IMG/VR virus record: IMGVR_UViG_3300035685_000001
Span: 1 to 64,000 of that record
Source: a virus
DNA: 64,000 nucleotides
Direction: 5' to 3' (one strand)
Shown here piece after piece: positions 51,708-59,285 of this stretch. Each line of letters begins with the position of its first letter. Position 1 is the stretch's first letter. A model generated the notes under the pieces. That model did not search any database and was not told the DNA's origin. It was given only the letters and a program-made list of their open reading frames with translations. The position numbers and the translations under genes were made by a program.

Positions 51708-51732
51708 CTCGGTTCGACTCCGAGATAGTGCC
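51708..51732 (+). other. tRNA-like T-arm plus acceptor 3' strand fragment
   Basis: CTCGG-TTCGACT-CCGAG (5-bp stem with a canonical 7-nt T-loop), followed by ATAGTGC-C. No canonical D or anticodon arms lie within 75-90 nt upstream. Confidence 0.35.
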
Positions 51733-51750
51733 TAAGCTCAAGTTTAATTT

Positions 51751-52155
51751 ATGGCTATCCTTTCTTTTCCTGCAATCCCACCTAACTACGTTAGAAGCGT
51801 CCAATTTTCTGATTACAACACCTTAATCCGCGAATTCGAGAGCGGTGGAGAAATTCGCCGTAGCGCTCAACATACTGGTGTAGGTACAACCCTTAGCCTT
51901 TCCTACCTGCTTATGTCAGAAGATGATACGGCTGTCTTTATGAATTTTTGGAAAGCATCTGGAGGGACTTGGCTTAGCTTTACGTTGCCCTCTGCAATAA
52001 TCAAGCATCCTGACAATATAAAAATGGGGTTGGCTAATTTTGACTCAACTACCTATTTCCGTTTTACTGAAGGACTTAATTTTAAGACTGATTGGGCAAC
52101 AAAAAAGCGTGGTTTATACTCATTTGACGTAAATATACAGTCGGTGGTTAGCTAA
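51751..52155 (+). CDS. Minor tail protein (lambda gpM-like)
   Basis: Lies immediately after the tape-measure-like gene. FP..P...V.F.D.....E.ESGGEIRR...L.L.Y.......FW...GG.W.SF.LP resembles the gpM-family layout. Confidence 0.4.
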   Translation: MAILSFPAIPPNYVRSVQFSDYNTLIREFESGGEIRRSAQHTGVGTTLSLSYLLMSEDDTAVFMNFWKASGGTWLSFTLPSAIIKHPDNIKMGLANFDSTTYFRFTEGLNFKTDWATKKRGLYSFDVNIQSVVS

Positions 52156-52186
52156 AAATAAAGCCCTCTTATAAGAGGGCTTTATT
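52155..52186. terminator. Bidirectional terminator between the gpM-like gene and parB-like gene
   Basis: A-run, then AAGCCCTCTTA/TAAGAGGGCTT, then a T-rich tail. Confidence 0.7.
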
Positions 52187-52206
52187 ACTTGTGACGGTTT
52201 TAGAGC

Positions 52207-53169
52207 CTAGTCGAAGTTAGGCAAAGGATAAAGCTCTGTCTCTTTTTCCTTCACAAAACGGACATTTTTGTTATCCATAAAATTAGACAATGCACTGATT
52301 GTCTTCTTGTAGACTACTTTCATGTAGTTGGCACCTGAAACCCGCTTTTCAGCCTTCATGGTAATTAGAGCATTCCGTAGGGCTACAGCAGCTTCGTCAT
52401 AAGCTGTAACTACAAAGCCAGTGTTAACGACTTCGATAAACTCATTAAGTCTGTCATGATTCTGAGAGTAGTAGGCGCGTGCTACAACTGCTTTAACTGA
52501 GGCTGTAGCGGGATTTTTAAGGCGATCGGCAAAATCAATTGCCTCCTTGTGATTAACATAAAGGTCGATTAGCTTATTGGGGCTGAAAGTCGTTCTTGTA
52601 GCTCCTATTTTTGCTAGCCCTAAAGCCTCTTTTTCAGCAGACTTGTTTTTAGGCTTTAGACTTTGACCGATAAACATGGCTTTTGTCGTAGCAAGCTTAG
52701 TGTTTAAGCTGCCCCCTAAACCCATAATTTCTGCAATTTGATAAACTTTGCGAGTTTGACCAATATCAACATAAAGCCGAGTTTCACTCGGCAAGCCACG
52801 CAAGACCAGGAAGTCACAAGTAACGCCTGACTCTATGACTGCCATCAGCCTGTGCTGACCATCGAATAAGTCACCATCTTCGCTGAACATGATGGGTTGA
52901 CTGATGTGCCATTCACCACGCTTCATACGATCAGCATAGTCTTTAACACGATAGTTAGTCGGAGCACGATTGATCTTTTGAGTAGCTAGGTATTGTTCTG
53001 CTAGCTCTGGTGTAATTGATTCGATAGTGGGTACAGGTGGAGTCTCAATGACTTTTGGTTGAGAGACTGTCTCTTCTGTAACTTCTTGAGGCTCAACTGA
53101 CTGGTGATTGTCTGTGTTGCTTTCAGAAGATGGGAAAGCAACACCATTGATTGGAACTAGTTCGTTCAT
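52207..53169 (-). CDS. ParB N-terminal domain (DGQHR) protein
   Basis: GEWHISQPIMFSEDGDLFDGQHRLMAV matches the ParB/Srx-fold motif. Confidence 0.65.
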   Translation of the reverse strand: MNELVPINGVAFPSSESNTDNHQSVEPQEVTEETVSQPKVIETPPVPTIESITPELAEQYLATQKINRAPTNYRVKDYADRMKRGEWHISQPIMFSEDGDLFDGQHRLMAVIESGVTCDFLVLRGLPSETRLYVDIGQTRKVYQIAEIMGLGGSLNTKLATTKAMFIGQSLKPKNKSAEKEALGLAKIGATRTTFSPNKLIDLYVNHKEAIDFADRLKNPATASVKAVVARAYYSQNHDRLNEFIEVVNTGFVVTAYDEAAVALRNALITMKAEKRVSGANYMKVVYKKTISALSNFMDNKNVRFVKEKETELYPLPNFD

Positions 53170-53284
53170 GATTTAAGTGGTAATTGGGTCTAAGTAAGGG
53201 TGAGGCTTCACCCTTTTCTTTTTCAATAGTAATCCTAATTTGCCCAATTGTCAAACGAACACAGCAGCAACACACCTGTAATCA

Positions 53285-53384
53285 GTCCACTCAAAAAGTA
53301 AACCTCTAATGGTTACTGCATATAGGTTTCAGCCAACAGAACATACAGTATCTAATACTTAATAACACCTTTACAAGTTCCGCC
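53285..53384 (+). repeat. Structured intergenic repeat, copy J
   Basis: CCACTCAAAAAGTAAACCTCTAATGGTTACTGC...ATCTAATACTTAATAACACCTTTACAAGTTCCGCC. Ends 2 nt before ATG 53387. Confidence 0.75.
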
Positions 53385-53386
53385 TC

Positions 53387-54040
53387 ATGAAATACTTTCT
53401 AGACACAGAGTTTATTGAATACCCTGGTATCATAGACCTAATTAGCATCGGTCTGGTTAGCGAAGACAATAGGCATTATTACGCAATCAACAAAGATTGC
53501 AACTTCAAGAAGGCTAACGACTGGGTAAGACAGAATGTGTTGGCTACTTTGCCGCCTTACAACCCTATGCCAACAGAATGTAGTCCTAGTACATGGGAGG
53601 CGAGCAAAGCTTGGAAATCTAGAGAAGACATAAAAATAGAGTTATCTGATTTTATGGGTGTAACTTATGATTTTGACCCTTATATCAGGGAAGGGTGGAT
53701 GGGACTTTATGATGTTGTCTTTAGAAGAAAAGTAATTTATGAGAATTTTAGATTGAAAATTCACGTAAAGTCACCTGAGATATGGGGGGAATGGTGTTCT
53801 TACGACTGGGTATGTTTTGCTCAACTATTCGGCACCATGTCAGACCTGCCTCAAGGCTTCCCTATGCGCTGTAGAGACATCATTCAGCTAGCAGAAGACC
53901 AATTAGGCATACCAGCTATTCAACTACCTCCTAGCCTCGAAACAGAGGGCAACCATAATGCCCTACTTGGAGCTAAGACCGTCAAAATGCGTTATGAGTG
54001 GCTGATAAATAAGGCAAAGCAGACGGGAGAACAGAAGTAA
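53387..54040 (+). CDS. DEDDh-type 3'-5' exonuclease
   Basis: N-terminal FLDTEF (Exo I) and C-terminal GNHNALLGAK (Exo III-like). The start lies 2 nt after repeat copy J. Confidence 0.5.
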   Translation: MKYFLDTEFIEYPGIIDLISIGLVSEDNRHYYAINKDCNFKKANDWVRQNVLATLPPYNPMPTECSPSTWEASKAWKSREDIKIELSDFMGVTYDFDPYIREGWMGLYDVVFRRKVIYENFRLKIHVKSPEIWGEWCSYDWVCFAQLFGTMSDLPQGFPMRCRDIIQLAEDQLGIPAIQLPPSLETEGNHNALLGAKTVKMRYEWLINKAKQTGEQK

Positions 54041-54054
54041 CTGACTGGTGAAGT

Positions 54055-54153
54055 GCCGTCTATCAAAACATGTGTGTGTTGCTTACTGCATATAGCGTTG
54101 AGCTAACGGGAGCACCTAGATCTCAGTAATAAGAAGACGGTTGTAGTTCCGTC
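54055..54153 (+). repeat. Structured intergenic repeat, copy K
   Basis: ...GCTTACTGCATATAGCGTTGAGCTAACGGGAGCACCTAGATCTCAGTAATAAGAAGACGGTTGTAGTTCCGTC. Confidence 0.8.
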
Positions 54154-54291
54154 CAATTAGACTAGGTACAAGACAGAGTTGATATCTCAGTCTTGTCTTA
54201 CATCGGGATTTTTCTGCGAGCAATGGGCGCTATCTGTTGCTCACTTTTTAATGGCTTTGAGACAGCATCACAAAAATAACCACTTTACTTC

Positions 54292-54391
54292 GGCTTCATG
54301 TTTTAAACAGACCTTAAAGCCTTATGTAGAGAGGCTTTGAGTTAACGGTACTAGCAGCAGTCTAATTAAAACAAAAGCTCAGTCCTTCCGT
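54292..54391 (+). repeat. Structured intergenic repeat, copy L
   Basis: GGCTTCATGTTTTAAACAGACCTTAAAGCCTTATGTAG...GAGTTAACGGTACTAGC...CAGTCCTTCCGT. Confidence 0.75.
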
Positions 54392-54540
54392 TATTTCTTG
54401 GTCAACAGAAAGTCACTCATTCCACTGCTCTCCTCATGTGATAACAAAGTCTCACTTGTTGATTGCAACAAAATTTTATCTTACGACTCGCAGATTGATG
54501 GACTAAAAGCATGAACACAGGAGTAACTAGTCTCAAGGAT

Positions 54541-54640
54541 GCCCTATCTCAAAACTCACCTATGATGTTTACTCTATAAGGGTTGTAGCTAACGGTAGAA
54601 GTAAAGGGTAATACTTAATCAGAAGGTCAGTACTTCCGTT
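54541..54640 (+). repeat. Structured intergenic repeat, copy M
   Basis: CTATCTCAAAACTCACC...GTTTACTCTATAAGGGTTGTAGCTAACGGTAG...CAGTACTTCCGT. Ends 3 nt before ATG 54644. Confidence 0.75.
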
Positions 54641-54739
54641 TTTATGAAGCCACTCACAGTCATACCGTTTGCTTCTGTATTTGCTACTTATCCCCTTAGT
54701 GAGGTATATTACCGTTATCACACTTACCTATATGTCAAA

Positions 54740-55087
54740 ATGCCAAAAACTGATACCCCATCTGCGGAGTCGATCGCGTTCCATGTTCCAGCACCCTTGC
54801 TCAAAGAAGCTGAGGAAATGGCTCAATTAGAGGGCTGGAAGTTAGCAGAGTTCCATAGACTGTGTTGGGAGGCGGGACTTGCCATTCAGGCTGAGAAGAG
54901 TAACAAGAGGCTAGTCAACAAAGGATTGCGAGCAAAGCAGACAAATATAGAGGTTACAGGAGTAAGTATTAATCAGAATGATTACATTACAGCAGAGCAG
55001 TTTAAAGAAGGATTAAGGCGAGCAGGTAGAACCTCGCTAATCGACATTACCCCTACCCCTGATTCTTCTGAGCCTCAGCAACCATAG
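54740..55087 (+). CDS. Ribbon-helix-helix protein
   Basis: SIAFHVPAPLLKEAEEMAQLEGWKLAEFHRLCWEAGL parallels the RHH at 12070..12228. The track start 54644 (3 nt after repeat M) is an alternative. Confidence 0.45.
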   Translation: MPKTDTPSAESIAFHVPAPLLKEAEEMAQLEGWKLAEFHRLCWEAGLAIQAEKSNKRLVNKGLRAKQTNIEVTGVSINQNDYITAEQFKEGLRRAGRTSLIDITPTPDSSEPQQP

Positions 55088-55496
55088 TCTGATACTGAGC
55101 AGCAGTCATAATCCCAGGCATATTGCCAAAGCTCTCACCTAAACTTAAAGGCTTTTTACGTTGTTCTTTGCGTTCTGTCTCTTTAGCGCCCGAAGCCTTT
55201 CTTAATGAGCCTACATATTGCTTAACATCTTTTTCCTTGCCACCAAAAGCCATTCCAACAGCTTGATAGAGTGAGAGCGTATCTCTAGCCTTCTGCTGGC
55301 TAAATGCAACTACAAGCTGTTGGAATTCCCAATGAGGGAGTTCTAGTGCTTCGGAACGACTAAGCCCGTAGACGGCTCTTAGAAGTGGTAATGAGTCCTT
55401 TACGTTGACGCAGTACTCGTAAGCTGCTTCACGTTGTTCTCTAACGGTAAGTTGTCTACTGTTGCCTCCACCGTAAAAGTCTCCTCTTCCAAAGGG
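55053..55496 (-). CDS. gpT-like -1 frame extension, expressed as a G-T fusion
   Basis: The -1 frame relative to 55400..56059 is open from the stop at 55509-55511 down to 55053. The slippery heptamer lies at 55490-55496. Confidence 0.55.
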   Translation of the reverse strand, partial: PFGRGDFYGGGNSRQLTVREQREAAYEYCVNVKDSLPLLRAVYGLSRSEALELPHWEFQQLVVAFSQQKARDTLSLYQAVGMAFGGKEKDVKQYVGSLRKASGAKETERKEQRKKPLSLGESFGNMPGIMTAAQYQTMVAEAQKNQG

Positions 55497-56059
55497 TCTT
55501 GTTCTTCGTCATCCTCTGAGGCTTCTAATGCTTTTTCCTCTTCAGGGTCTGTAGCTTTACGGACGTAAGAGGCTAAGTCGTTAATGAACTTAGCAATGGG
55601 GATTTGCTTGCGTAAGTTCCGTCTTGTTAGTTCGGCTTCAATCAAGCTCATGAGTTCACCTGGTTCAAGCTCTGCAAGTGCCTCAAGCCATTGGCAATTA
55701 AGAGGCATTAGCTCCTCTGACTTTTCAGCAAACTTGCGACTAAGTACAGGTATTTCTTCTCTTTCTTCCTCACTAATCTCTGGAAGGTCACTAAGGTAGT
55801 TCAATCGATTCAGCAGAGCTTGATACTGTCTTGCCGCTACCATCTGTTCAACCTGAATGGCAACGTAGCGTAAGTGATGTTTTTCTGTGATGTGGTCAGC
55901 TTTCCACCACTCAATAATCTTTTCTCCTACCTTGTAAGTGGCAACAGGTTCAACGTCGCCTAAAACTTCATCAATAAGGTCTTTAACGGGCTTTAACTTA
56001 AGAGGACTGTCAGCCATAAAAATAACAATGAGTAAACAATATAGGGGCAAGTATAACAC
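55400..56059 (-). CDS. Tail assembly chaperone (gpG-like)
   Basis: Lies directly downstream of the tail tube gene and has an acidic C-terminus. An overlapping -1 frame stays open to 55053. Confidence 0.6.
   Translation of the reverse strand: MLYLPLYCLLIVIFMADSPLKLKPVKDLIDEVLGDVEPVATYKVGEKIIEWWKADHITEKHHLRYVAIQVEQMVAARQYQALLNRLNYLSDLPEISEEEREEIPVLSRKFAEKSEELMPLNCQWLEALAELEPGELMSLIEAELTRRNLRKQIPIAKFINDLASYVRKATDPEEEKALEASEDDEEQDPLEEETFTVEATVDNLPLENNVKQLTSTAST
55490..55496 (-). other. -1 programmed ribosomal frameshift slippery site C CCU UUG
   Basis: The minus-strand sequence gaC CCT TTG is in X XXY YYZ register in the gpG frame, just after the -1 frame opens. Confidence 0.5.
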
Positions 56060-56090
56060 TTTACCCCTAGAGTTTTTGTTGCAACAAAAG

Positions 56091-56654
56091 TTATGCGGCT
56101 ACTGCTAAACCTGTTGCTGTGCCAGTTGCAGTAATATCGCCACGAACTAGCTTCATACCTGTAACGGGGTCTGGGTAGCCTACACCACGCATGGTGTAAG
56201 CACTTTGAGTGGTTTTCCCGAAGCTTAGAGCGGCTTCTGTCTCAATTCCACAGTAAAGGATTGTGAACCAGTCATCCTTGTCTGTTGTTGGCAAGAAGCC
56301 GTCATAAGGTTTGATTAGCACAAGTCGCTTTGGAACACGTAATCCAGTCAAGTCACCATATTCAAGCTTTCTTAAAGATGGTGTAGTACCGTTTACTGTG
56401 TAGCGAGAAGGGTTAGTTGCTCGCCTAAAGAAGTCAAAACCAATCTCAGCAAGACTAATTTCAAAACTTACCTCTAAACCAGTAAAACTCTTGTCGGCAG
56501 GGGCTTCTGATTGCTGAGTCATATGCTCAGCAAACATATCAGTCAGAGTAATAGTGGCATCTTCTAATTGATGCTCACGACCGATTTTAAACTCAGTAGG
56601 AAGAGTGGGGTCAAAGGTTAATTCAATGGGTCCGATGTGGGTGCGTAATGCCAT
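56091..56654 (-). CDS. Major tail (tube) protein
   Basis: Position between the head-tail joining genes and the G/G-T chaperones. Paralog at 20733..21383. Confidence 0.55.
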   Translation of the reverse strand: MALRTHIGPIELTFDPTLPTEFKIGREHQLEDATITLTDMFAEHMTQQSEAPADKSFTGLEVSFEISLAEIGFDFFRRATNPSRYTVNGTTPSLRKLEYGDLTGLRVPKRLVLIKPYDGFLPTTDKDDWFTILYCGIETEAALSFGKTTQSAYTMRGVGYPDPVTGMKLVRGDITATGTATGLAVAA

Positions 56655-56745
56655 TTTGTTTAATTCTCATGGGTTACAATTACGACATCAACACTCATTG
56701 ATATTTGCAGTCTATCTTTTCTCCACTTTAGATAGGCTGCTTTTC

Positions 56746-57183
56746 TTATCGACTTAAATAAAACTTGTAAAGTACACTAGCAAAGTGTAGGTTAATAGCA
56801 TCGTTAAATAGACTATCTATTTTCTGGTCAGCATCCAGAAAGTTTAAACGTTGGTCAATCATTAAGAAGTCAGAACTAGTCCAACTTTCTAAGACATTCA
56901 TCAACTGCTGTAAGGCATTGTCACAAGTAGAACCTTTTGTACTATAAGCAGTGAATCTAATTGTGGGACTGGCTAGACTACGAGTAACATAGCGTCCTAC
57001 ATCTGGATTGCTGCCAGTAGAAAGAACTATTCTAGACTTACCGTTCTGAATGTCACTAGATGCCTTTGGATGGTCTTCTGATAGGTTCACAATAGGCGAT
57101 AAGACGGTGCTAGTCTTCAGGTAATCCCACAAGGCTTTCTTAAATATCCGTGTGTCAGGATACATTAAAGCAGTGTCTATCAC
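56746..57183 (-). CDS. Head-tail joining / tail terminator-like protein
   Basis: Called by position and size only. Confidence 0.35.
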   Translation of the reverse strand: MIDTALMYPDTRIFKKALWDYLKTSTVLSPIVNLSEDHPKASSDIQNGKSRIVLSTGSNPDVGRYVTRSLASPTIRFTAYSTKGSTCDNALQQLMNVLESWTSSDFLMIDQRLNFLDADQKIDSLFNDAINLHFASVLYKFYLSR

Positions 57184-57521
57184 TCGCCTAATCGCCTCTC
57201 AATAGCATCCACAATTTGAGGAATACATTCTTCAATATAACCAGTCCGGTTGTTAACGTAGATTGCGTAAACAACAACCTTGTTGATGTTTTGTTCTCTA
57301 GTAATACCTGGCAGTGTTACGCCTCCTGCAACAACACCTGATCTGATAGCATCCTTAGTTACAGTAATGCCAATAGGTCTAGTAGACTTCCAGAGTCTTT
57401 TAGTGTCAATTGGAGTGTTGTTTCGCAAGATTGCCGCAGCATCATTACAGCCTTCATAGAGCTTTAAGCCTAGATTTATTTTTAATGCGTCAATATTCTT
57501 GTGATTGAGCTTGACTGACAC
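57180..57521 (-). CDS. Head-tail joining protein (HK97 gp10-like?)
   Basis: Called by position and size. 4-nt overlap with the next gene. Confidence 0.35.
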   Translation of the reverse strand: MSVKLNHKNIDALKINLGLKLYEGCNDAAAILRNNTPIDTKRLWKSTRPIGITVTKDAIRSGVVAGGVTLPGITREQNINKVVVYAIYVNNRTGYIEECIPQIVDAIERRLGE

Positions 57522-57999
57522 TTTCCAATGCCTCCTGCTTTTCCTGAAAAATTGCCTCTTGAGTTATTTCAATCTTATTGTCTATCACCTCAAAAGGCAC
57601 GTTTTGAGCGGTGTCTATTGTGAGCCGATAACGATTGCTATGCTTACGATCAACTTGGTCTAGAATGCCCTTTATGACTTGATTATTCCACTTGTCAATT
57701 ACAGCGTAAGCACCTAACCTTAGCTTTTCTGGTTCTATCTGACCATCAACACTACACTTCCAAAAGCTGTAATTTACCAGACCTGAAGATTCTCTATCCC
57801 CTGCTATACCACGAGTCTGTAACTTAATGCTTACGCACTCTGTAGTTAGTAGCAAAGTAGGAGTGATTACTTCTGGCAAGTCATAAGGGTTATCGCTGTC
57901 AAGTTCAGGCAGTATAAACACTCTTAAGCGTCCACTGGCACCACTACCAGCAAACGTCTTGAATATTTCAATAGTGTTTATCTTACCGAGGTCAAGCAT
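57490..57999 (-). CDS. Head-tail joining protein
   Basis: I prefer the internal ATG at 57999, which forms a TAATG overlap with the upstream ORF, over the track start at 58059. Confidence 0.4.
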   Translation of the reverse strand: MLDLGKINTIEIFKTFAGSGASGRLRVFILPELDSDNPYDLPEVITPTLLLTTECVSIKLQTRGIAGDRESSGLVNYSFWKCSVDGQIEPEKLRLGAYAVIDKWNNQVIKGILDQVDRKHSNRYRLTIDTAQNVPFEVIDNKIEITQEAIFQEKQEALESVSQAQSQEY

Positions 58000-58199
58000 T
58001 ATTCGTCGTTGTACTCTTCTATAAGTTCGTTTTTGATTGCTTGAGCAGCAGCCACCCAATAAGTTTTAATATTTTCTGGCAAAGCGTCCCATGTTGGCAT
58101 GGGATTGCCTTGGTAATTTTTCCATTCTGCTTTATCGCCGTAGGCTTGATAGCCTATTTTTGCCAATTCTAAAAAGTAATCTTTTCCTGAGTCCACCAT
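57999..58199 (-). CDS. Small hypothetical protein
   Basis: Track ORF within the morphogenesis operon. Confidence 0.4.
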   Translation of the reverse strand: MVDSGKDYFLELAKIGYQAYGDKAEWKNYQGNPMPTWDALPENIKTYWVAAAQAIKNELIEEYNDE

Positions 58200-58360
58200 G
58201 TTCTTTTTGATTCCCTGAATTTTGTAATTAGAGCTTGACGCATAGGTTCTGTTAAATCATCCCACGCCTTACCTGATTTAGAATCTTTTGTGCGTTGAGA
58301 TTCATATAAATATTTTGTTTCTCGTCTAAAGTATTCTTCAGTAGATTCCATATTAAGCAA
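58169..58360 (-). CDS. Small hypothetical protein
   Basis: Track ORF within the morphogenesis operon. Confidence 0.4.
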   Translation of the reverse strand: MLNMESTEEYFRRETKYLYESQRTKDSKSGKAWDDLTEPMRQALITKFRESKRTWWTQEKITF

Positions 58361-58745
58361 AGGTAAAAGGAATAATAAGCGATCGCCTCAAAACCTCTAA
58401 CTGTTGCCCATAGCTTGTAGCGTCCAGTCCACTACTAGATGAAGACTGAACTGCTGAGCCTTGTTTGGCTATCGGATTAAACTCAACAATAATGTCATCT
58501 GTAATTTCTATCTTTTTGACATCTTCCGGCTTAAATCCTAATGCAGCAACAGCCGCAGAATTAGCAGACTTAGAAGGATTAAGAGTAAGCAGATGAGCAG
58601 TGTATAAGCCTATGGCTTGCTCAGTGTGAATCCCATAAATATCGGGGTCAATATGATTGGTAGCAAGACTCAGATAGTATTGAACCTTCTGAATCTTTAC
58701 GTCTTCAAATTCATCGTAAATGGCTATGAAAGTCTGAGAGTCCAT
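58353..58745 (-). CDS. Head-tail adaptor (DUF4054-like)
   Basis: FIAIYDEFEDV...YLSLA...AIGLYTAHLLTL resembles the DUF4054 connector pattern. Confidence 0.45.
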   Translation of the reverse strand: MDSQTFIAIYDEFEDVKIQKVQYYLSLATNHIDPDIYGIHTEQAIGLYTAHLLTLNPSKSANSAAVAALGFKPEDVKKIEITDDIIVEFNPIAKQGSAVQSSSSSGLDATSYGQQLEVLRRSLIIPFTFA

Positions 58746-59281
58746 TAGCTTACACGCTTAGCTAGTTCAGTCTCTAGAGTAGCTTTGCGCTCATTTGCCG
58801 CTCTAATAACTTCAGGTCTTACCTCATCAACCATCCATTCATCAATCCAGGCAACAGCAGTTGTCTCTTTAACTAGACGAATTGCTTCAGTAGAGACAAA
58901 ATGTCTATAACCCGGTATTTCATCCTGAATAGACGAATAAGCTACAGCTTCAATGCTTAGACCAATCAGAGGCTTTACAGTTTTTAATTTTAAAGCCTCT
59001 TGCCATTGACTGTACAAAACGTTCAGGTTTGAACCTGGCTTAAGTTCAATCCAATCAAAAGCGGGTCCACCTCCATTGGTGCCATTGTCTTGTGGAGGCA
59101 ACATTATTTGTCTAATGTAAGAAGGCATGGGTCGCATATTATCGTTATCATCTACTGAATCGAGAGATTTAAACTCTTTCGATTCTTTTTTGGGTTTGTA
59201 GATAATGGCAACCCAGTAAGGAGTTTTGCTAGTCGATACCGTATCTGTGACTTTATCTTGTAATGTCGTTTGTGCTGGCAT
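58745..59281 (-). CDS. Hypothetical structural protein
   Basis: Track ORF between the capsid gene and the adaptor. Confidence 0.4.
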   Translation of the reverse strand: MPAQTTLQDKVTDTVSTSKTPYWVAIIYKPKKESKEFKSLDSVDDNDNMRPMPSYIRQIMLPPQDNGTNGGGPAFDWIELKPGSNLNVLYSQWQEALKLKTVKPLIGLSIEAVAYSSIQDEIPGYRHFVSTEAIRLVKETTAVAWIDEWMVDEVRPEVIRAANERKATLETELAKRVS

Positions 59282-59285
59282 AATT

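Noticed and set aside
51578-51732. A canonical tRNA gene downstream of the giant ORF
   Set aside because: Only the T-arm and a 3' acceptor strand are convincing. No 5' acceptor strand, D-arm or 5-bp/7-nt anticodon arm can be placed within 75-90 nt. The only complementary 5' strand is ~150 nt away. I kept it as a low-confidence tRNA-like fragment instead.
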